From Bacteroidales bacterium (GTDB lineage: Bacteria > Bacteroidota > Bacteroidia > Bacteroidales > UBA12077), in the NCBI GenBank assembly GCA_016342685.1, contig JAEINU010000002.1, forward strand, positions 111,085 to 143,084: 32,000 nucleotides of DNA, read 5' to 3'. Position 1 is the first letter of the stretch. Each line of letters starts with the position of its first letter. The position numbers were made by a program, and so were the translations under genes. Under the pieces are notes generated by a model, which was not told the origin of the DNA, ran no database searches, and saw only the letters and a program-made list of their open reading frames with translations. Shown here one piece after another: positions 17,403 through 25,524 of this stretch.

Positions 17403-19061
17403 ATGACAAAGCTAAATCACCAAAAATATGATCTCACCATAATTGGCGCAGGAATAAGTGGATTAACAGCTGCGGCAATTGCTGGCAGATTTGGATTGAA
17501 ATGTTGCATTCTTGAAAAAGAGCCAAATGCAGGTGGTTACTTGGCAGGTTTTAGCAAAGAAGGATTTCATTTTGATACGGCTATACATTGGTTGAATCAG
17601 TGCAATAAGAATGAAATGACCGGTCGTATTTTTAGTCTTATAGGAAACGATAGTCCCAAGATTAAAACAATGGAAAAAATTCATAGATTTAAAGCTGAGA
17701 ATCATGACTACTTGCTTACAAACAATCCCAATGAACTTAAAGATCAGTTAATAGCAGATTTTCCACACGAAAAAAAAGGCATTGAAGCATTCTTTCTCGC
17801 TGCCCAAAAGATAGGTGCCGGATCATTAAAATATGCGAATCTTTTTAGAACAGATGAAAGCATGTCCTTTTTTGAGAAAAGTGCATTCAAAATCAAACTA
17901 TTAAGATTTATTATGCCACTTATTAAATATGTATTTTATAGTGGCGATAAGGTTCCAAAAGGATTGAGTAAGTTTTTTAAAGATGAAGATTTACAGAAAA
18001 TATATAGCTCAGAAAAAGATCTTCTTTCATGTTTATTCCCTATTGCGTGGGCATACAATAATGGTTATCAAATTCCTAAAAAAGGTGGTGCCAGAGTTTT
18101 TATTCAATGGCTTAGTCATGTGAACAAGCAACTTGGAAATGATTTTATATTTAATGCAGAAGTAACTCATCTAGAAATCGAAAATAAAATCTGTGAAAGC
18201 ATTGTATTTCAGCAAAAAGGAAAAGAATATCACTTAGAAACCAAACATGTAATTTCTACAAACGATATAGAGACATTATACACAAAGATTCTTCCTAAAA
18301 ATACTGTACCCCAAAAGTTTAAGAACAAATTAAGTGACGCAATCCTTTACAGTTCAGCTGTTACAGTTTCCATCGCTCTTGATTGCCCTGCCGAAGATAT
18401 AGGAATACATCAGGAATTAATAAACATTAGTAAAGACGGACTAAAAAGGGATGATCACGACAGTGGAGATCCAATGATAAGTGATATTAGTGTTTTGGCT
18501 CCTTCGGCAAGAGATAAATCCCTTGCTCCTGAAGGAAAAGGATTAATCACCTTATACATACCCGCTTACATCAATTATAAAAACAATTGGGAAACTGATA
18601 AAGATGAAAAGGGTAATTTTGTTCGTGGTGAAAAATACCAGAAACTAAAAAATGAAGTGGCTGAAATTCTTATCCAAAGGGTTGAAAAAGAGTTATCAAT
18701 TGATTTAAAGAATCATATTTTATTTTACGATGTATCTACTCCAATCACTTATCTACGATATACAGGAAATAAAAACGGAAGTATGATGGGTGCTCGCCCG
18801 GGTAAGGAGAATATGCAAGCAGGAATTGCACATCATCAAACCGCAATTAAAAATTTGATTCTGGCAGGCCATTGGTCAGATTTAGGTGGCGGCGTTCCAA
18901 TTTCTGTAAAGGCTGCGATCAATGCCGTTCTATTAACTCTTAAAAAGGAAAACAAAGACTCTTTTAAGCTTCTAGCTAATTATATGGATGGAAAGATTGA
19001 TGTTAATCAATTAAATAATTCAGATTTGCTTAAAGATTACGATAATTCGTGGGTGAATTAA
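17403..19061 (+). CDS. NAD(P)/FAD-dependent oxidoreductase, CrtI-like (paralogue of 14109..15599)
   Basis: YDLTIIGAGISGLTAA...LEKEPNAGG. TGNKNGSMMG and ILAGHWS parallel TGTKNGSMYG and LLSGQN in the first paralogue. Confidence 0.75.
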   Translation: MTKLNHQKYDLTIIGAGISGLTAAAIAGRFGLKCCILEKEPNAGGYLAGFSKEGFHFDTAIHWLNQCNKNEMTGRIFSLIGNDSPKIKTMEKIHRFKAENHDYLLTNNPNELKDQLIADFPHEKKGIEAFFLAAQKIGAGSLKYANLFRTDESMSFFEKSAFKIKLLRFIMPLIKYVFYSGDKVPKGLSKFFKDEDLQKIYSSEKDLLSCLFPIAWAYNNGYQIPKKGGARVFIQWLSHVNKQLGNDFIFNAEVTHLEIENKICESIVFQQKGKEYHLETKHVISTNDIETLYTKILPKNTVPQKFKNKLSDAILYSSAVTVSIALDCPAEDIGIHQELINISKDGLKRDDHDSGDPMISDISVLAPSARDKSLAPEGKGLITLYIPAYINYKNNWETDKDEKGNFVRGEKYQKLKNEVAEILIQRVEKELSIDLKNHILFYDVSTPITYLRYTGNKNGSMMGARPGKENMQAGIAHHQTAIKNLILAGHWSDLGGGVPISVKAAINAVLLTLKKENKDSFKLLANYMDGKIDVNQLNNSDLLKDYDNSWVN

Positions 19062-19763
19062 TTATCGAAATTTAACATGTGTTTTATTTGATGACAAATC
19101 TATTTCTTTAAGAATTTCATCTCTATTAAAAGAGTGCAGATTTTTACCATTCGGATTTAAGATTTTTGATTCCCTAAATTCTTGCAGATAGTAATCCTCT
19201 TCAATAGAGTTCACCATATCTTGAATATCATTAAAGGAATGATATGGTTTAACTAAAGTAGATCGAAATTCAAATTTAATGTTTGATTTAGTAATTAATT
19301 CAATCGATTCGAGAATACTATTTAATTGCGCTGATGAAAATTGATCGCCAACTATTTCCTGATATTTTTCAAGCTTTAGTGGCGATTTAATATCCATTGC
19401 AATAAAATCTACTAAATTATCTGCTAATAATTGACGAATGTTTTCAGGATTTGTGCCATTGGTATCCAATTTAACCAATAAATCCAATTCTTTAATTTTA
19501 CGAATAAACTCAACTAAATTGGGCTGAACTGTTGGCTCACCACCAGTTATTACAACAGCATCTAAAAGCTGCTTATTCTTTTTTAAATAAGCGAATATTT
19601 CATTTTCATCAATGAATTGATTTTCCAGAATCAGTTCTGGTAAAACCAATTCAGCATTATGGCAATAAAAGCATCTGAAATTACACCCCGAAGTGAAAAT
19701 TACAGATGCTATTTTGCCGGGAAAATCTATTAAACTTTGCTTTAGAAATCCACCTATTTTCAT
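19062..19763 (-). CDS. nrdG: Anaerobic ribonucleoside-triphosphate reductase activating protein (radical SAM)
   Basis: Radical-SAM cluster motif GCNFRCFYCHN sits near the N-terminus, with ITGGEPT further on. The size is right for the family, and the gene is in an operon with nrdD. Confidence 0.85.
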   Translation of the reverse strand: MKIGGFLKQSLIDFPGKIASVIFTSGCNFRCFYCHNAELVLPELILENQFIDENEIFAYLKKNKQLLDAVVITGGEPTVQPNLVEFIRKIKELDLLVKLDTNGTNPENIRQLLADNLVDFIAMDIKSPLKLEKYQEIVGDQFSSAQLNSILESIELITKSNIKFEFRSTLVKPYHSFNDIQDMVNSIEEDYYLQEFRESKILNPNGKNLHSFNRDEILKEIDLSSNKTHVKFR

Positions 19764-19764
19764 T

Positions 19765-20229
19765 CTAATCTAACTCTTCAATTTCTATTCTAACAATTTT
19801 ATACCCTTTTAAACTTTCGTTAGCAGCAAAAAGAACACCAATAAGAACAGTTAACATTCCGATTAAGAAAAAGATTAAACTCAAAAATTCGACTACGCTT
19901 GATTTTGTATATAAATTAATTCCAATACAAAGCGATGCTATAATAAAACAAGCAACAGCAAATGAATATGCAAAAACAGCATCACGAACAATCCTAACTC
20001 GGTCGTTTAATTTATTGATTTGCAAACCAATATTCTTTTCTCTTTTTACATCATCGTCCATTTTATTTTCTAAATGATGAATCTTTCGCATTTCATTGTT
20101 TAATAAACGAATTCTATTTACAACAATTGAGTATTTATTATTCATTCCGAGAATTAACAAACCACAAGCAGAGATCATTAAACCTGGAGCTAACATTGCT
20201 TGTATAACTTTTACTATTGAATATTCCAT
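19765..20229 (-). CDS. DUF2721-like small membrane protein
   Basis: 154 aa. A TM helix (APGLMISACGLLILGM) is followed by a charged helical segment (NRIRLLNNEMRKIHHLENKMDDDVKREK) and two further TM helices. The DUF2721 assignment is from memory of that family's N-terminal pattern. Its stop is 1 nt from the nrdG start. Confidence 0.55.
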   Translation of the reverse strand: MEYSIVKVIQAMLAPGLMISACGLLILGMNNKYSIVVNRIRLLNNEMRKIHHLENKMDDDVKREKNIGLQINKLNDRVRIVRDAVFAYSFAVACFIIASLCIGINLYTKSSVVEFLSLIFFLIGMLTVLIGVLFAANESLKGYKIVRIEIEELD

Positions 20230-20257
20230 AATATGTTTTTGTTTTATAAATTGAATA

Positions 20258-20265
20258 CAAAATTA
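20258..20265 (-). promoter_or_regulatory. Candidate Bacteroidota -7 promoter element (TAATTTTG) upstream of the DUF2721 gene
   Basis: The - strand reads TAATTTTG, matching the TAnnTTTG consensus, about 29 nt upstream of the ATG at 20229. It is a single 8-mer in AT-rich DNA. Confidence 0.25.
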
Positions 20266-20314
20266 GGCTTATCAAGGCACACAGAATATCTTTTAAAACA
20301 TGATTTTATATGAT

Positions 20315-22489
20315 CTATAATACAATTGCTTCTTCCAAAGTTAAAACCGGATCTTCATACTTCTCTTCTGATCTTCTATCGAATAATTTTCTATCTTTAA
20401 ACTCTGCGACTTTACCATCATTCCACTGATTTACAGGACGTAAATAACCAACAATACGTGAATAAACAATGCACTCCTGTTCCTTTCCCTTTTCTGCGCA
20501 TTTCGGGCAAGTTTGATATTCACCATATAAATAACCATGATCAGGGCAAATACTAAATGTCGGAGAAAGAGTTATATAAGGCAATTTAAAGTTATGTGTG
20601 ATCTTCTTAATCAATTGCTTAACCGATTCGTTTGGCAATTGCTTTTCACCTAAGAATGTATGAAAAACAGTACCACCCGTATATTTAGTTTGTAAATCAT
20701 CTTGTAATCGTAAAGCTTCAAATAAATCATCGGTGAAGTTCACCGGTAATTGGGTCGAATTTGTATAATATGGCTCAGCACCATTTTTTACCGCCGATTC
20801 ATTTGCTACAATAATATCTGGATATTGCATTTTATCAATTCTAGCTAAACGATAAGTTGTTCCTTCGGCAGGCGTTGCTTCCAGATTATAAATATGACCT
20901 GTTTCAACTTGAAATTCTTCTAACTTAGTCCGCATATAATCCATAACTTTTTGAGCAAACTCATGTCCGATTTCTTCTCCAATTCCTGCCCCCAAGAAAT
21001 TCATAGAACATTCGTTCATTCCTACAATACCAATAGTTGAGAAATGATTATCCCAATATTTTCCATTCTTTTTATACAGATTTCTTAAATAAAACTTCGA
21101 ATATGGATACAATCCTTGTTCAGTTAATCTTTCAATAACTTTTCGTTTTATTTCCAAACTATTTTTTGCGAGCTCCATTAATCTTGTCAACCGTTGAAAA
21201 AACTCTTCTTCACTCCCCGACTCATAACCTAATTTGGGAAGATTTAAGGTCACAACCCCAATTGATCCTGTTAAAGGGTTTGCACCAAATAATCCACCAC
21301 CACGACTTTTCAGTTCTCGCTTATCTAATCGTAATCGGCAACACATACTACGAACATCATCTGGACTTAAATCAGAATTTACAAAATTCGAGAAATATGG
21401 AATTCCGTACTTTGATGCCATTTCCCAAATTGGATCGTATTTTTTATTATCCCAATCGAATTCTTTAGTGATATTGTAAGTTGGAATAGGAAATGAAAAA
21501 ACACTTCCACTAGCATCGCCTTCCGACATAACTTCAGCAAATGCCTTATTAAATAAATCCATTTCTTCCTGAAAATTACCATAGGTTTCTTCCAGAACTT
21601 TACCACCAACAATTACAGGCTGGTTTTTTAAGTTTCCAGGAACCTCTAAATCGATAGTAACATTCGTAAAAGGCGTTTGGAAACCAACACGTGTTGGAAC
21701 ATTAATGTTAAAAAAGAACTCTTGCAAGCATTGCTTTACCTGACCGTAATTCAAGTTATCGTAACGAATAAACGGAGCTAAATAAGTATCAAAACTCGAA
21801 AAAGCCTGTGCACCTGCGGCTTCTCCTTGCATAGTATAAAAGAAATTTACTATTTGGCCTAATGCTGTTCTTAAATGTTTGGGTGGCGTACTTTGCGTTT
21901 TTCCTTCAACACCACGAAATCCTGTAAGTAATAAATCTTCTAAGTCCCAACCAACACAATATACACTTACAAAACCCAAATCGTGAATGTGCAGATTTCC
22001 TTTTTTGTGTGATTCAGCAATTTCATTAGGATAAATCTGGTTTAACCAATATTGCGAACTTAAAATTGTTGAAACATGTTGATTTAATCCTTGTAAAGAA
22101 TAAGTTGAATTTGCACTTTCTTTAATTCTCCAGTCGTTTAACGAGATATAGTTTTCAATGATATCAATATTAGAGAAAATCTCTTTTGTATCACGGATAT
22201 TCTGGTGTTGATATCTGTAAATGATGTATGCTTTAGCTGCTTCGAAATGTAGATTGTCAAATAAAGTTTTCTCGACTAAATCTTGAATCATTTCAACGCT
22301 TGGAATCTCCTGCAACTCAAAATTTATTTTTTTTACTACTTGTAGACTTATGCTATTTGCTTCTTTCCTATCAGGTTTTCCAACTGCTCGGAAAGCACGA
22401 AAAATAGCAAATGATATTTTTTCTGCATCAAATAATACAATACGTCCATCGCGTTTAATAATTGATTTTTTTTCTAAAGCTGCATTCAT
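20315..22489 (-). CDS. nrdD: Anaerobic (class III) ribonucleoside-triphosphate reductase
   Basis: N-terminal ATP-cone-like KRDGRIVLFDAEKISFAI. C-terminal Zn-ribbon CPDHG...CPKC, followed by the glycyl-radical motif SRIVGYLRP. 724 aa. Confidence 0.95.
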   Translation of the reverse strand: MNAALEKKSIIKRDGRIVLFDAEKISFAIFRAFRAVGKPDRKEANSISLQVVKKINFELQEIPSVEMIQDLVEKTLFDNLHFEAAKAYIIYRYQHQNIRDTKEIFSNIDIIENYISLNDWRIKESANSTYSLQGLNQHVSTILSSQYWLNQIYPNEIAESHKKGNLHIHDLGFVSVYCVGWDLEDLLLTGFRGVEGKTQSTPPKHLRTALGQIVNFFYTMQGEAAGAQAFSSFDTYLAPFIRYDNLNYGQVKQCLQEFFFNINVPTRVGFQTPFTNVTIDLEVPGNLKNQPVIVGGKVLEETYGNFQEEMDLFNKAFAEVMSEGDASGSVFSFPIPTYNITKEFDWDNKKYDPIWEMASKYGIPYFSNFVNSDLSPDDVRSMCCRLRLDKRELKSRGGGLFGANPLTGSIGVVTLNLPKLGYESGSEEEFFQRLTRLMELAKNSLEIKRKVIERLTEQGLYPYSKFYLRNLYKKNGKYWDNHFSTIGIVGMNECSMNFLGAGIGEEIGHEFAQKVMDYMRTKLEEFQVETGHIYNLEATPAEGTTYRLARIDKMQYPDIIVANESAVKNGAEPYYTNSTQLPVNFTDDLFEALRLQDDLQTKYTGGTVFHTFLGEKQLPNESVKQLIKKITHNFKLPYITLSPTFSICPDHGYLYGEYQTCPKCAEKGKEQECIVYSRIVGYLRPVNQWNDGKVAEFKDRKLFDRRSEEKYEDPVLTLEEAIVL

Positions 22490-22579
22490 TTTTTTATAAT
22501 TAAATTGTGAATAATACAGCTTCGGATATCAGAAAAGGAAGGGAAATAAATTCACCGCCTTTGCTTTTCACCCGAAAGC

Positions 22580-22740
22580 TACAGTTATGTATTGGCAGGT
22601 CTTCTGGCTTGTTCATGTTTAACAACCTTCCCATTCTCAAAAAGTGAACAGTGGCAAATTTGTTAAACTGTAATTGAACTTACAGCTACGGGGATAGCTC
22701 CTGATTTAAACAGGATTCCCTATTAATTCAATCGATTTAA
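22580..22740 (-). promoter_or_regulatory. Cobalamin (B12) riboswitch in the nrdD leader
   Basis: On the - strand: AATAGGGAATCCTGTTTAAATCAGGAGCTATCCCCGTAGCTGTAAG (from ~22724), GCCACTG (22655-22649), TGGGAAGG, and the B12 box AGCCAGAAGACCTGCC (22609-22594). All core motifs occur in the canonical order, about 100 nt upstream of the nrdD ATG. Confidence 0.85.
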
Positions 22741-22887
22741 ATCGATATAGAAACCAATATCTGACACAATTTTAGTGAGATTAATCTTGTAAATAAAATG
22801 GAGTTTTGAACATTTACCTTAGATTTTTCGGTTAAAACACTTAACAATACTCTATTCAGCTAGTGTTAATAAGTCAAAAAAATGTCT

Positions 22888-22895
22888 TATTTTTG
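22888..22895 (+). promoter_or_regulatory. Candidate -7 promoter element (TATTTTTG) for the TPR lipoprotein gene
   Basis: It matches TAnnTTTG about 25 nt upstream of the ATG at 22920. Confidence 0.3.
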
Positions 22896-22919
22896 GCAAC
22901 TTTACAAAAACTATAAAAC

Positions 22920-23795
22920 ATGAAAATTTCCACACTCATTCAGGGACTAATCCTAGTACTATTATTGCAATCATGTGCAACAACTCAACTCACAAATGAA
23001 GGTGAATTAGCATACCAAGCTAATAACTACGAAGATGCACTTGCCAGTTGGGAGAAAATTATTGAAAGTAAAGAAAGTGCTGGAAAAAAAGCAAAAGGTC
23101 CGATTTATTTTAAAAGTGGAATGGCAGCTTTAAATCTAAAGCAAGACGATAAAGCAAGAAAATATCTTGAATCGGCAAAAGAAGTAGATTTCTCATCTCC
23201 AGAACTATATGCTTCTTTAGCTTCAATTTATAAAACCATTGATAATCTATCCAAAGAAATTACTGCACTGGAAACCTATCGCGAAAAATATCAACAGGGA
23301 GAAGATATAGATAAAGTCAATGCTCGTTTGCTTGCAACATATGCCGAAAGTGAAAATTGGGATTTGGGAGTTGCTTTATGGCCAGAACTTGAAAATAAAG
23401 CTCAAACAGATGCAGGAATACTTTCTTCTTATTTAATCATTAATAAGAATTTAAAAAATTATACTATTAGCAATAAACTCGCTAAGCAAATTTTAAAACT
23501 TGATGCAAATAATATTACGGCTTTAGAATATTATGCTGAGAAATATTTTTGGGAAGCCGAAAACTTATATGTAACAGAAATGAAAGCATATAAAAATCAC
23601 CGTACAACAAAACAATACAACAAGCTTCTTAAAGCTTTAGAAAAGGTGTGGCCAACCTTTAAAAAATCACGTTCAAACTTTTTAAAGTTATATAAAATCG
23701 AGCCTAAAAAAGAATATGCCAAATACTTAGGTAAAATTTATACTCGTTTCGATGATAAGAAAAAAGCAGCCTATTATAACAAAAGAGCCAAGTAA
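22920..23795 (+). CDS. TPR-like repeat lipoprotein
   Basis: Signal peptide with the lipobox LLLQS-C. The rest is helical repeat-like sequence (AYQANNYEDALASWEKII, GMAALNLKQDDKARKYLESA, YLGKIYTRFDDKKKAAYYNKRA). Confidence 0.6.
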   Translation: MKISTLIQGLILVLLLQSCATTQLTNEGELAYQANNYEDALASWEKIIESKESAGKKAKGPIYFKSGMAALNLKQDDKARKYLESAKEVDFSSPELYASLASIYKTIDNLSKEITALETYREKYQQGEDIDKVNARLLATYAESENWDLGVALWPELENKAQTDAGILSSYLIINKNLKNYTISNKLAKQILKLDANNITALEYYAEKYFWEAENLYVTEMKAYKNHRTTKQYNKLLKALEKVWPTFKKSRSNFLKLYKIEPKKEYAKYLGKIYTRFDDKKKAAYYNKRAK

Positions 23796-23843
23796 AGTAA
23801 GCTTCTTCCTAGAGAATATTAACATTTCAAAGAACTATTAGCT

Positions 23844-23914
23844 TGTCTATCTTTCGACAAGCTCAAGATGACAAGGAGTTAAAATATGCTAATCAAACTG
23901 AGTCTGTCAAACTA
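23844..23914 (+). repeat. Palindromic intergenic repeat, copy 3 (second arm degenerate)
   Basis: The first 32 nt, TTGTCTATCTTTCGACAAGCTCAAGATGACAA, are identical to copy 1. The second arm, ATCAAACTGAGTCTGTCAAACTA, has decayed. Confidence 0.8.
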
Positions 23915-24028
23915 TGCATCTTTACATAAGGAACTTTAGATACAATCATACTTATTGAAACTTAATTTTTATCTACTAATATCAATAAATTAGTTTGTAA
24001 TTTCCTCCATCTTTTAAGTTTAAGATGT

Positions 24029-24036
24029 TAAATTTG
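24029..24036 (+). promoter_or_regulatory. Candidate -7 promoter element (TAAATTTG) for the ligase gene
   Basis: It matches TAnnTTTG about 27 nt upstream of the ATG at 24063. Confidence 0.3.
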
Positions 24037-24062
24037 GTGTTTATTTTAAAAAATTACCGACA

Positions 24063-25367
24063 ATGAATATATTTCCTGAAAACATAGACCTTAAATCAAC
24101 AAATGAAATTAAATCTTATCAAGAAGAGCAATTAGGTAAACTTTTACAATATGTAAATAAAAACTCAAAGTTTTATTCTGATCTATTTAAAGAACATAAT
24201 ATCAGTATTAATGATATTAAAACAATTGAAGATCTTCAAAAAGTTCCTTTTACTACAAAAGATGATTTATACGAACAAAACGATGATTTTATTTGTGTTG
24301 ACAAAAGAAAGATTGTTGATTACATTACAACTTCGGGGACTTTAGGTGATCCTGTAACTTTTGCAATGACCGATGCTGATTTAGAAAGATTGGCTTACAA
24401 TGAACATATCTCTTTTCTATGCTCTGATGGAGATCCTGATGATATTTACCAATTAATGGTAACACTCGATCGGCGTTTTATGGCTGGCATGGCTTATTTC
24501 TTGGGTATTAAAAAAATGGGTGCAGGAATGGTTCGCGTTGGTAATGGAATGATTGAATTACAGTGGGATACCATTCGAAGAATTAAACCAAATGCTTTAG
24601 TTGCTGTTCCTTCGTTTATTTTAAAATTGATTGAATATGCCGAAGCAAACGGAATTGATTATAAAAACTCAAGCATAAAAAAAGCAATTTGTATTGGAGA
24701 ATCATTAAGAAACTCCGATTTTACGCTAAATACTCTTGGACAAAGAATAAAAGATAAATGGGATATCAAATTATATTCCACTTATGCTTCAACAGAAATG
24801 GGTGCTGCATTTGCCGAATGTGGAAATAGCATTGGTGGACATCATCGCCCAGAATTACTAATTGTTGAATTTGTTGATGAATATAATAATCCTGTAAAAG
24901 AAGGCGAAGCTGGAGAGCTTGTTATAACAACTCTAGGGGTTGAAGGAATGCCTTTAATTCGTTTTAAAACTGGCGACGTTGTTGAACATTTCACAGAACC
25001 TTGTGCGTGCGGTAGAAATTCTATGCGTTTAGGCCCTGTTATTGGACGTAAAAATGAAATGATTAAATACAAAGGAACCACTTTATATCCTCCTGCATTG
25101 TATGATATTTTAAACGACATGGATTATGTAGAAAACTACATTATCGAAGTATCTACAAACCAAATTGGAACCGACGATATATTAATTCGTATTGCAACAA
25201 ATGGTAATAAACCAGAGAATTTCGAGAAATATATTAAAGACCATTTTAGAGCAAAATTAAGAGTTGCACCAACCATCCATTTTGAATCTAAAGAAGAAAT
25301 TAATAAAGTTAAATTCCCTGAACTTAAACGTAAACCGGTTGTGTTTATTGATAAAAGAAAGAAATAA
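24063..25367 (+). CDS. Phenylacetate-CoA ligase (PaaK)/coenzyme F390 synthetase-family adenylate-forming enzyme
   Basis: Motifs TTSGTLGDP, YASTEMG, RFKTGDV, the PaaK-typical CACGR, and the hinge GRKNEMIKYKGTTLYP. 434 aa. Confidence 0.85.
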   Translation: MNIFPENIDLKSTNEIKSYQEEQLGKLLQYVNKNSKFYSDLFKEHNISINDIKTIEDLQKVPFTTKDDLYEQNDDFICVDKRKIVDYITTSGTLGDPVTFAMTDADLERLAYNEHISFLCSDGDPDDIYQLMVTLDRRFMAGMAYFLGIKKMGAGMVRVGNGMIELQWDTIRRIKPNALVAVPSFILKLIEYAEANGIDYKNSSIKKAICIGESLRNSDFTLNTLGQRIKDKWDIKLYSTYASTEMGAAFAECGNSIGGHHRPELLIVEFVDEYNNPVKEGEAGELVITTLGVEGMPLIRFKTGDVVEHFTEPCACGRNSMRLGPVIGRKNEMIKYKGTTLYPPALYDILNDMDYVENYIIEVSTNQIGTDDILIRIATNGNKPENFEKYIKDHFRAKLRVAPTIHFESKEEINKVKFPELKRKPVVFIDKRKK

Positions 25368-25476
25368 CATCGATGAGATCCTAGTTAAGTTTTATTCGGA
25401 GCTAAGCTAACTGCAATCAAGATTTGTACTTCAGGATTATTTTGATATTCAAATAAGCAAGTAATTTTTAAATATT

Positions 25477-25514
25477 GTTTTGTGCTATAATTTTAGCTCA
25501 TTATAGCACAAAAC
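25477..25514. terminator. Bidirectional hairpin between the convergent ligase and lipoprotein genes
   Basis: A perfect 14-bp stem, GTTTTGTGCTATAA (25477-25490) / TTATAGCACAAAAC (25501-25514), encloses a 10-nt loop with A/T-rich flanks on both sides. Confidence 0.7.
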
Positions 25515-25524
25515 ATTTTAACAT

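Noticed and set aside
21166-21612. Three overlapping ORFs inside nrdD (two on the + strand, one on the - strand in another frame).
   Set aside because: nrdD is continuous and conserved across this stretch, and the nested ORFs have no motifs. No intron or intein signature is seen, and the nrdD length is normal.
22490-22579. A terminator or start-site sequestering hairpin as the riboswitch expression platform.
   Set aside because: I found only a weak, bulged AGCTTTCGG/CCGAAGCT pairing and no stem followed by a T run, so the mechanism is left unassigned.
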